Shown piece by piece: positions 42,348 to 54,300 of a DNA stretch of 64,000 nucleotides; the first letter of the stretch is position 1, and each line of letters starts with the position of its first letter. A program made the translations under genes and the position numbers. The notes under the pieces are model-generated. The model saw nothing but the letters and a program-made list of their open reading frames with translations, was not told where the DNA came from and did no database searches. Source of the DNA: Mytilus edulis (Eukaryota); the NCBI RefSeq assembly GCF_963676685.1, contig NC_092351.1, forward strand, positions 31,620,001 through 31,684,000, in the 5' to 3' direction.

Positions 42348-45300
42348 ATGTTGGTGGCGTTGTGTCTTGCCTCTTTTATTATTGGTGTTGTGGTTACTAT
42401 TCTAATCCAGACATTTGTCATCAGAAGACGACTTCTTGCCATTCCTGTAGAACCAATTTCCCACAAACCACAGTTCTGTCAATATAAATTGCCAAAGGTG
42501 AGAAAAAGGAGATAGAAAACAAAAAAGTCTATAGGTTGTTTGAGACCTAAAATTTTTACAACATCTGTCATCATGGTCAACGTCTTTTCTGTTTAATATT
42601 TCACAAAACTATTGTTCAAAGAAAATTTACATTCAAACATGTTCATTACTTAGTTTTACATTACAGTATATTTCAGAGCTCCAGATAAGCTGCGTATTTG
42701 CGTGATCACGCAATACAAATAATAAAAAACCCAATGCAATTGCCCATTGCAGGGTTCAATAACCCAATTAATTCAAAGGAAAACCCAATTATAATCCAAA
42801 ACCATAAGTTCTCAACCCTTTTATTGGCCACCATTTGCGTTATTTACCCTTATCTGTTTACAGTCGACGCGTAAACTATTTTTATAATATTTATAATTGG
42901 AAATTTCCTTTCGTTCTAAAAATAGATCCCTGCATCAAGTAGCTGAAATGGGTCCCTGTTAGAGTTTTCCGTTGCTCAATAGCTACACGTGTTTTTGAAA
43001 ACATTTCGATCTTCTCGGCGTTTATCCAATTAGCGTGTGTCATGAAGTCATATTTTTTTTCGCATTGCTCGGGATTTATCATAACATACATTGAATTAAA
43101 ACAAAAGTGAATGTCCGGTAAAAATATTGAATAGAAGCATGTTTTCTGCTTCTTTTGAAAAGCTTAGGGAAAGTTATGATGATAACAAGACTCAGCCAGT
43201 GTTTTTAGGAAGCGTCCATCGAACACACGGGCGTGTGTGCGTACCTTAACGAGAACATTGCTAATAAAAGCAGGGTTTCCTCAAAAACGAAATCAGTTGG
43301 AAAGATGAAAGGCCAAATCAATTATGACATGATAAAGCATCAGAAACCAAAAGTTCTAATAAAAGACAAATAAACCCAGATTTATGAAAATTGGAATAAA
43401 ACAAAAACATTCAAGTATAATTAGAGTTTATATACTATTTTTTTTTTCTTCATTTTACGGTTAATTAATGAATACACACACAGGCACTGATCTCAGAATT
43501 TATTATATAAAGGTATAGGACGAGTGCCTGTGAATACACAATATCCGGTTTTTTTACAGTTTATATGAGAAAATACAAAACTAGCAGAAGGTTTGAAACG
43601 GAACACAAATCAAACCTACAATTGCTCGTCAATAAACCAAATAAAACAGCTAGCAAATAACCCTAACCCGAACCCTAAACCAAATAAAACAGCTAAACAA
43701 AGAAAGAAACATATTTAAGATGGAAAAAAATCTGGGGTTGATATTGCCTAAATATTCAATATTGTGTTGATGAAAAAACCCAATACATTAAGGAGCTTGG
43801 TGGTGAAAAACCCAATTTGATATTAACATGAGGGGTGACTTGGAATTGATAATGCAATCAAAAAACTTTATCACCCAATTATATAAGAAAATGGTGGGTA
43901 AAAAACCCAATTTGTGAATTCTTATCTGGAGCTCTGATATTTATGAAAGTACTTATTTCAAGTCAAACTAAATATAGTTTGGAAATTTTCTTCATCCTTA
44001 TGCTTCATCTTTAAGCTTTAGTATTTTTAGTCTTTAGAAGTGTCAACTTGCAATTGACACTATAATCTCTCTGTATTTTCGATCACTGTGGTAATTTTAT
44101 GTCGCTATTGTATAAAACTCATTAGTACACTTGCTACCTCAATAAAATGCATGTAGCAAAGCAGGTATAGACCAAGTTTTGGTCTTCATGTTCATGTTCC
44201 AGGTAAACACACTATGTACATTTTGTAGTATGTATACTGTATACAAGAAAACATTCTTTAGGACTCAAAGAGTTGAACATTCATTAAATAAAAAAATAAA
44301 GAGTTGATTCTTTAATAAATAAGAAATACCATTGTAACTGGAGAGCACAAATTTCATTACAAAATTGCTTGTCTCCACTGGGACTCGAACCCGGGACCTC
44401 TGTGTTACAAGGCAGCGCGCTAACCGACTGAGCTAAAGAAGTACTTCCTTAGCTCAACCGCTTACGGCTGACTAAGTATCTACTAAGTTTTTCTAAGGGA
44501 AGCAATCCCGTCACACCGCCCCCACCTCAAGAGTCATTATACTCTATAATGATGATATTTTCATCTTTTTTATATTTATATTTTAACCTGGCTAGGTAAT
44601 TCTTCTAACAGTGGGTTATTATTGTTGGGCGCCAATGTAACCGTAGAGCACGAATTTCATTACAAAATTGCTTGTCTCCACCGGGACTCGAACTCGAGAC
44701 CTCTGTGTTACAAGGCAGCGCACTAACCGACTGAGCTAAAGAAGTACTTCCTTAGCTCAACTGCTTACGGCTGACTAAGTATCTACTAAGTTTTTCTAAG
44801 GGAAGCAATCCTGTCACACCATGCATAAACATTACATGTAAAAGGTTTGTAACATGATGCATGTTCTGATAATGTTTTACAGGAATTGCTAGCAGTAATA
44901 CATGATCAGGATCAGAAAGGACGCAAAGAATCATGTATAGCATTAAATTTGGTCATTCAGTTTTTATTCAAAGAGCTACGAGATACAAATCGTGTTCGAA
45001 GGTATGGTTTCACACATTCATGATTGAAGCTAGTTTTAATAGCCACACAGTTCACATGCTTTTAAAAGTCAACTTTTATAAAGGAGACGTACATATTAGG
45101 CTAATTTTAACCTGTTAACATGGTTAATGATTTGAAAATAAAAAAAAATATAAATACTGTTACAAATCACATTTTTTTAAGATTAGAAGAAAATAGATAC
45201 ATGTACATGTACATTTATGAGAAGACGTGGTATGAGTGCCAGTCACAATTTGTTAAAAAAAATGTCTAAGAATGGTTGTCAACATGGAGCCTTGAGTCAC

Positions 45301-48300
45301 ACTAAACAGCAAGTTATAAAGGGCCCCCAAAATGACTAGGAATGTAAAAGCATTCAAACAGGAAAACAGAGTCTAATCTATATAAAAAAAACTTGAAATA
45401 CTTACATTGTATGTACCATGATGTACCACATCAACAAAGGGCAACCCTTGAACAACAGGTTCCTTAGCCTTGATGACACATGATTTGACAGTGACTTTAT
45501 TCAATATATATGTTTTGATAGATATACTTGTATGCCAGATATGTATATTCATAGCCTGTATTTCTGTTTCAATTTTCAGATGGGTAACAAAGAAAATGAA
45601 CATAGAATTCAACGATATGCTTCAGAGTACAACAGGAAAATTAATAGAAAAGATAACAGTAAGTCTGAAAATAGTGCACTGGTTTTTATACGCTCGTCAA
45701 AATTTTGACGGGACGTATTATGGTATACAAATGTCCGGTATCCATCCGTCCGTCTGTCTGTCTGTCCATCTGTCTGTCCAGCATAAACATGTCGCACCGT
45801 AACTTGAGAACAACTTATCCAAATTTCATGAAACTTAATATAGTTGTTTCTTATAATGGTCAAATGATCTGTATTCTTTTTGAGTTACGGCACTTTGTAA
45901 CTAAAACAGGGGTATGTTTTTTTTCACATGTCGCACAGTATCTCAAAAACCATTCTTGATTATTGCTTAAAACTTTACACACTTCTTAGTTATATTAATC
46001 TTAATATCTGTATACTTTTTGGTGATGATTCAAAATTTCATTTTTGAGTTATTGAGTATTTCGTAGAAAAGGGGGAGGGGTTTTTTTTCATGTCGCGCTG
46101 TATCTCAAAAACGATTTATGATTATTGCTTTAAAAAACTTTACACACTTCTTTGTTATATTAATCTTAAGATCTGTATACTTTTTGGTGATGATTCAAAA
46201 TTTCATTTTTGAGTTATTTAGTATTTTGTAAAAAAGGGGGAGGTTTTTTTTTACATTTCGGGCCGTATCTCAAAAACGATTTATGATTATTGCTTAAAAT
46301 TTTACACACTTTTTTGTTATATTAATCTTAAGATCTGTATACTTTTTGGTGATGACTCAAAATTTTATTTTTGAGTTAATGAGTATTTTGTAAAAAAGGG
46401 GATGTTTTTTTTTACATGTCACGCAGTATCTCAAAAACAATTTATGATTATTACTTGAAACTTTACACACTTCTTTGTTATATTAATCTAAAGATCTAGA
46501 TACTTTTTGGTTTGATTCAAAATTTTATTTTAGTGATATTTATTTTTTTGTAAAAAAAAAAAAACAGGGTGTCTCAAAAACAATAAATTGTTATTGCTTA
46601 AAATTTTCTCAGGAACTATTTATGATTATTGCATAAAACTTCCACATAAGACGTCGGGCATATCATGCGCTCATGGCGCAGCTGTTTATTGTCTTGCCTG
46701 AGATGAAAGTAAGGGAAAGGAACACATATGAATTGCTTCTCCTGTGACGACAACAACATCTACAATTGTTAAGTTTTCTGCTACAGTTAGATTGATATGA
46801 TCTACTTACAAAAAACAATGATATTTTCTATCAAGTAATTATCTATTCATCTCAGTATGTAAACCATTTTCATGCCCTTCCCACTAGTTCATGGTCAAGC
46901 GACATTGAATTATAAAATATCATCTAAATTCATTGCAAAAAATGACTTGCCTTCTATTTAGTTTAGAAAGATAACAGACAATTGAAGAATATATATTAGA
47001 AATGGTTCATTTACTACAATGATAAAATTTACTAATATTACTTCTGCAAAGCCAAATAAAAGTGTATATGTAAATACTATTACTGGGATTCACTGTTCTC
47101 CTAAATCGTAAATTGTGATATTGCATGTTTTGGATCATTGAACCAAATTCATATAATTTATTTACACAGTTTTTAGGACAAATCACACCTATGTTTTGTA
47201 TTATGAATTTTATGTTTTTGTATTTTAGTTAAGAGATTTCAATTTAGGACCAACATTTCCAGTTATAAATTGTGTAGCTGTAGACACAGTAAAACTGTCA
47301 GAGGATGAATCGCTAGAGGTATGGTACTCAATTATTAAAATACAATATTTATAGATTATTTATAGAATATCTCAACAAGATAGATTTTCTCACTTGAGCC
47401 AGTAGTTGTGAAAGTGAGAAAAGCAATCAAGTTGAGATGGCCAATGATAATCTGTTTATTGCTATTTAACCTATGACAAAGTTATTAATTTCATATTCAT
47501 CTTTTATTATACATGTACCATACTGGGTCTGATTCAGAACATCATGAACATCTCACATGATCAAAGTTTTCAAAAAGATCATTCATCATACATGTGCAAG
47601 TTATTTTTATCACAACCTTCCAGCAATTGATTTGACTTTTGGCTAAGTAATACCTGCCTAATTTTGATCTATGGTAAAATTGCACAGAAATGTTATAAAG
47701 CAGCGATGGGACTATCCACTAAATAGCTATCTCTGGTACATGTAAATGAGAAAGCAAAATAAAAATACAATAAAGCCAAAACCACATTTAGAGGTACTTT
47801 AGTTGATGTTTTTGCAATTTTGGATTTTTCCCCCTCTAACGTTTAAAATATCTGTAAATGCAGAAAATGGTTGCTTTAGTCATAGTTTAATTGAACATTA
47901 GAAAATGATCAGTAAACGACCTAATTTCACCCTACAATTCCTAGTAAACATAACTATTTTATTTTATCTGTTTTCAGATATACAGTTGAATCCTTTAGAA
48001 ACAACTATTTGACTATATTGTTGTACAAATGTAAATATTAGTAAATTCATCATATTTTTAAATGAAATAAAAAACAATGCCCTGTCAATTATATTTATTT
48101 TCTCTTGATTTTTAATTATAATTATATATATTTATTCATTGCAGGAATTGGACATTATGGCAGATCTTGACTATACTGGGGGATTTCAGCTTGCCATAGA
48201 AATAGATTTAGTTTTCAAAAAGTGGGCATATTTATCTGTGACTGTTACAAAATTGAAGGGCATTGGAAGGTTACAGTTTACACGTAATCCTTATACACAC

Positions 48301-51300
48301 TGGTCTTTTACATTTTATGAAGTATGTTTATAGCAATTCATATTCAGTTATTACTGACTTTTTTTTGGGAGACAGCAGTTTCAAGTGGTTATACTTGCTT
48401 TTAATTCAATTTCACATTGAAAATTCTAACATTTTTTTCTTAAAACATGTTAAAGCAGTGTTAGAATATATAAATCTTATTTGACATCTTCAAAATTTAG
48501 TAAACATGTAAGATATAATAGTTTAATACAATTACACTTGTTGGCGTAGCTGTATCATGTGTATGTTAAATGATTTCAGCTGTATTCAATGATATCTGAC
48601 ATTTACACTATTAAGTAAATCTATAAGGTATAATCAATGAAGTCAGTTTTTAATGAAATATTTTGGGAGCCACTGTGCAAAAATAATTTAACACAACATA
48701 TGGCTAATGAAACATGAACACAAGGCGTTAATGATACCAAAGTTACCAATGTAATAAGGGAGATAATCTGCTATGATGAAAATGGCAGTTAATTGTTCAG
48801 AAATTAGGTTAAAAAACTAACATTTTTTTATAAGCTTAAGTTAACAATGGTGCTGTATGTACACAGATATACTATTTGAAATTACACTCATAAACTCATA
48901 TTTGCATGTTCAAGTTTTACATTTAAAATCCAAACCTTGTAAATCTGCAATAGAGATAAAAAAAAAATTGATGGATTGTGCCTTTGTGTGTTCTATAAAT
49001 TTCAAAATTTTGTTTTTACTCCAATTTTTATTAATAGAATTTGTTGACTTTTTGTTAAGGATCCAGTTGTAGAATTTGAGGTGGAATCTAAATTTGGAGG
49101 CCGTCCTGTACCACAAGTTACCTCTCTGATCATCAGTCAGGTTTGTTTTGCAAATTCAACTCTCTTCTAGTTAGGAAGAGTCCTTTCTACGTTAAGGCTA
49201 ACTTTGTTTTAAATAAAGTCTGAAAATAAAATATATAAATTCAAATTGTTCAATAGAAAAATACAAAGAAAAAAGAGGGGAATTTTTCGGTTATTGTTTT
49301 GATTAAAATGTAAATAAGATCATCATATTTTATACCTATTAAATTGATAATATTATGACATTAACACAGATATTTATTTGATATTAATCTATTTTAGTTG
49401 AAAAAATTTTGAAATTGTAATAATAGAGATATGAAAAAGTATTAATAGTCCTGTTTAAAGATTTTAACAAAATGCTTTGCTTATATTGCTGTAATGTAAT
49501 GGACAAGACCTTAACTTACAATTATTTGATATGTTTACAGATAAAGAGAATTCTTAGAAAAAGACACACACTGCCTCATTACAAGATGAGATATAAGCCA
49601 TTTTTTATCCCTCCTGATGAATCCTATAACCCAAAAGACATTTCTTTAAAAGGAAATCTAATAGGTGAAGGTCAACTGGAGGTGAAGGTCATAAACTGTT
49701 CCAGTTTGTTAGTAGAGCAGGCTGAGAGATATCTATTTTGTACGCTGAGTGTTGGTAAGTAGCTTATGTAGCTGACTATGCTTTTGGGCTTTGTTCATTG
49801 TTGAAGACAAAGCAAAAATGATTGCCAATGAGACAAATCTCCACCAGAGACTAAATGACACAGAAATTACCAACTTTAGGTCACCAATTGTCTCATTGAC
49901 AATCATTCCACATCTTCTTTTTTTTTTTTTTTTATTATCTCTACGGTAGCTGTAAATCCTCTCAACAACTACAGTTGATGCAGGGATCAATAAGGTTTAT
50001 TTGAAAATTGTACACTGTATGGAACTTGTAAACTAGATAAATATATGCTCAACTTTTAAATGTGTAGACAGATGTATAGCTTTTCCGTAAAAAGAGAAGG
50101 GTTTATATTCAATAAAAAGTAAATTGAAAAGGTACTAAGTTCTTTCCATTATGTTAATGCATTTGTACATGTATATACTGTGGATGCATTTAGTTTTCAT
50201 GGTTACCAATTTTCATGGTTTAAGGAAAATTTGCATATTCATAGATATTTAAATTTTGTGGTTTTGGCAAAGTCTGCATTCTTTGATTTAGAAATTAGGT
50301 AATTGGTTGTACATTTGAATTTGTGGTACTCCTATTTGCACTAAATCCACGAAAATTAGTATCCAATGAATATTCATGAATCAACAATAGATACAGTTTA
50401 AAAAAAAAAAATTAATAATGTCACATATTGCATTACATAAACTATAATCTGCAACATAAAAATGCTGTATACCTATTTCAGACAAATTAAGATGGCTTGA
50501 GTATGAAGAGCTAAGAAAGAAAGTATGGGTAGTGTATGAAGTGAAGATAATAAAAGGTCCAGCACAATCGATAGGACTAACTTTTAAAGATGATTTTATG
50601 TTGGAGAAGTATGAAGATGTGGTTGTCGTTGACAACGTTACTCCTAATTCTCCAGCATCAGCAACTGATATTAGGAAGGTAGTGTAGAATTGATTATTCA
50701 GAGAATTCATGTATTTGCAAATTACACACATCTTTTTAGAAGTCTTCCAAAGAAAAAGAAAGGTCAATTGTCTGTTTTAGCAACCATTAGCATCAACTTA
50801 ACCTTTATCTTTTATTGTCATTTGTCAAAACCCATTTTGTAGATACTGTTCGTGTCAAAATGTAGTAAAATGTTTAATGTAAACATTATTTAAACAAATA
50901 TTTTGCCATCATTGACCTACCCTCTTTTAGTTTATAACACTAAATATTAATTATAGATTATGTACTGTAAATTCAGAAATTACTGCGTGCATTTATTATT
51001 GCGATTATGCCATTTTAGAAGAAAATGTGATTTAAATGTTTGCGATATTCACAATGATTCAGAAAAATCCTGTTTGATTCATATAAAAAAAGTTACAAAA
51101 TGCGAGTTTTAATTGTTACCATTTTATCCCTATCACATTTATCGTAATAATTTCTGAATTTCTGAATTTACAGTAATTTTTATGCCTTAAACAGAAAGGC
51201 AGTATATTGAAAAAATTATTTAAGATATCTGCTTGTTATTATACAAGGCTTTGTATGCCCCACTTAGGGTTATTATACAAGGCTTTGTATGCCCCACTTA

Positions 51301-54300
51301 GGGTTATTATACAAGGCTTTGTATGCCCCACTTAGGGTTATTATACAAGGCTTTGTGTGCCCCACTTAGGGTTATTATACAAGGCTTTGTATGCCCCACT
51401 TAGGGCTATTATACAAGGCTTTGTATGCCCCACTTAGGGCTATTATACAAGGCTTGTATGCCCCACTTAGGGCTATTATACAAGGCTTTGTATGCCCCAC
51501 TTAGGGCTATTATACAAGGCTTTGTATGCCCCACTTAGGGCTATTATACAAGGCTTTGTATGCCCCACTTAGGGCTACTATACAAGGCTTTGTATGCCCC
51601 ACTTAGGGCTATTATACAAGGCTTTGTATGCCCCACTTAGGGCTATTATACAAGGCTTTGTATGCCCCACTTAGGGCTATTATACAAGGCTTTGTATGCC
51701 CCACTTAGGGTTATTATACAAGGCTTTGTATGCCCCACTTAGGGTTATTATACAAGGCTTTGTATGCCCCACTTAGGGTTATTATACAAGGCTTTGTATG
51801 CCCCACTTAGGGTTATTATACAAGGCTTTGTATGCCCCACTGAGGGTTATTATACAAGGCTTTGTATGCCCCACTGAGGGTTATTATACAAGGCTTTGTA
51901 TGCCCCACTGAGGGTTATTATACAAGGCTGTGTATGCCCCACTGAGGGTTATTATACAAGGCTTTGTATGCCCCACTGAGGGTTATTATACAAGGCTTTG
52001 TATGCCCCACTGAGGGTTATTATACAAGGCTTTGTATGCCCCACTGAGGGTTATTATACAAGGCTTTGTATGCTCCACTTAGGGTTATTATACAAGGCTT
52101 TGTATGCCCCACTTAGGGTTATTATACAAGGCTTTGTATGCCCCACTTAGGGTTCGTTAGATCTCAAACAGATACAAAATGAAAAAATAAAAACATTACA
52201 CCACTAAGTAAATATTATTAAGGCATCTCATAAATCATGGTAAAGGGTCAGAAAACACCTGAAAGATTAATGAAGATCACCCTTTCATAAAACACTTTTT
52301 AACATGTATTTTGTTAGTGTAATAGATTTGTGTCAATAATATTCTATGACATTGAAAACTATTATTTCCTGCTGTTCCATTCCTCTACACCCTATATTAT
52401 AGGCTGTAGTAAATTTTGATAATGTAATTTGTCTATTTTGTTTTCAGGGTGATGTACTAGTAAGTGTAGGCATGACAAGAATAACATCAGTAAAACAAGC
52501 TGGAAAAATTCTCAGAAATGTAAATGATAGGTAAGCATGATGTCCTTTCATCATATAGACCTTGTTCTTTATAAAGCACCATGAGCACTCAGAAATTGAA
52601 TATGAAACTAAGAAAACCCCACATGATACATATATATGGAAATATTTCAAGATTAAAGGAAATTAAAAAAATTTGATGACAAATAACACAACATTTTATC
52701 CTCCTTTATTCAAGTTAGTTTGTTATCAGAATGATTTGAATTAAACAACATTAAACTCTACCAATTCTGCTGCAACAGATGTAGATAAGACAATACTGTC
52801 TCTAGTGATGCTTGAATTGTTGCCAACTTATTTGAAAGTCCGAAATCTAATACATGTACAAAGTTTGAAGAGCAGATATAAAATCAAAAAGTACCAAACA
52901 TATAGCCTGGACAATGGATCAAAACTATGCATGTTCCTTAATTTCAATTGATATCTTAAGTTATATAACCGTCAAATTTCAATAAAACAATTTTCCTATT
53001 TTTATGCTAGTACCTTAGTACTGAACTACTTGTCTGTTGATACTCCCAGGGACTTGGAGTCGGTTTTACAAGAAAAACTTCGATTAAGATTTGTCGTAAG
53101 TATACTTAATTGTTCATGACTTACGATCAATCTTACTCGTAAGTTTTTTGGTGAAACTGACTCCAGAAGTGAGGTATCAACTCAGAAGTAGATCAGACAT
53201 ATACTGGTACAGTCGACTCCACTTAATTGCATACTGCTTAAAAGCATAATTCGGTTAATTGCATAGTTTTCTCCTGCACAAAACCATTTACTGCACCGGA
53301 TGCACATTTCTGCAGTAAATAATAAGAAGATAAATTAAATGCCATGTACAGTGAAAGGAATCATCTCACACCCATTTGTCAATTTGTATTTTCATTTAAT
53401 TCTAGTGTTATGCTTAGACTGGAGAGAGCTAAAACTGGGTCTTCCGAAGATTATATTAAGGTTGGTTCCTATAAATCAGTTAGTGTTACTAGAATATCCG
53501 GCTCCTTCACATTTTATAAATACCATAAAATTTAAATGTATGTGGAAAAACAAGTAGAATCATTTAAAAAATTATGATAGATAGTTAAAAACAATTGAAA
53601 ATTTATTAAAAGACGTTCATTTATTACCGATAAAAACATGTAACAGTATCATGTTGTTACATCTGTTTTGAAAAGTACACTATTATTTAAAATTAGGTTA
53701 CTGACCCTTTTTCATACCATACAACCTTGGCTTAATTTTTATCTGGGGGATTTAATCAATTCAATTTTATTTGAAATGTTAGCTAGAAATAGGGACCGCT
53801 ATAATGATTTTTAAATTGGACAATTCTGACTTCAGCATATTTTTTTGTTAATAATTTAATTTTGTTTAGGTACAAGATTCTGAAAGTAGTAAAATAAAAG
53901 ATCCTGCAGTCAAAGATGATTATATAAACATTGTCATTAAACCATGTGACTCAGATGATAAACAAAGAGAAACAGAAAATTCTTTATCATCCAATCAAAT
54001 CACCAGAGACAGAAGATCTTTATCCACTCCAAGTAGTCCCCATAGAAAGGTTTTGTCATTGGTCACCACAGGGAAAGAGTACTTAAGAAGGAGGGTCAAA
54101 AGTCACACTGTATCAGAGGGTTCTGTCTCCATGACAACAACTAGCCAATCAGAGTTGAATATTCCTAAATCACCAACAGGTCACAGAATCTCAAAATCAA
54201 TGGATTCCAGACAGTTGACCAGAAGCATAAATGGACAGGAAGAAGAAGAAGATGACCAGCCATCAGAACTTCCAATTGTCACTCAATCTGGAGACTTTAT

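Larger units (their letters stand above)
44333..44818 (-). mobile_element. TRIM (miniature non-autonomous LTR retrotransposon) with tRNA-derived LTRs, Helenus-type
   Basis: Two 183-bp LTRs (44333-44515, 44636-44818) with TG..CA ends. TSD CCAT at 44329-44332 and 44819-44822. On the minus strand, PBS TGGCGCCCAAC lies 1 nt after the 5' LTR and PPT GAGGTGGGGGCGG abuts the 3' LTR. Internal region 120 bp. Confidence 0.92.

Noticed and set aside
44371-44745. Two functional tRNA-Thr(TGT) genes
   Set aside because: Acceptor and anticodon stems do not pair properly, and both copies are parts of the TRIM LTRs.
51236-52154. CRISPR-like 34-bp palindromic repeats
   Set aside because: No spacers, no cas genes, and the array lies in a eukaryotic intron. 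It is a minisatellite.
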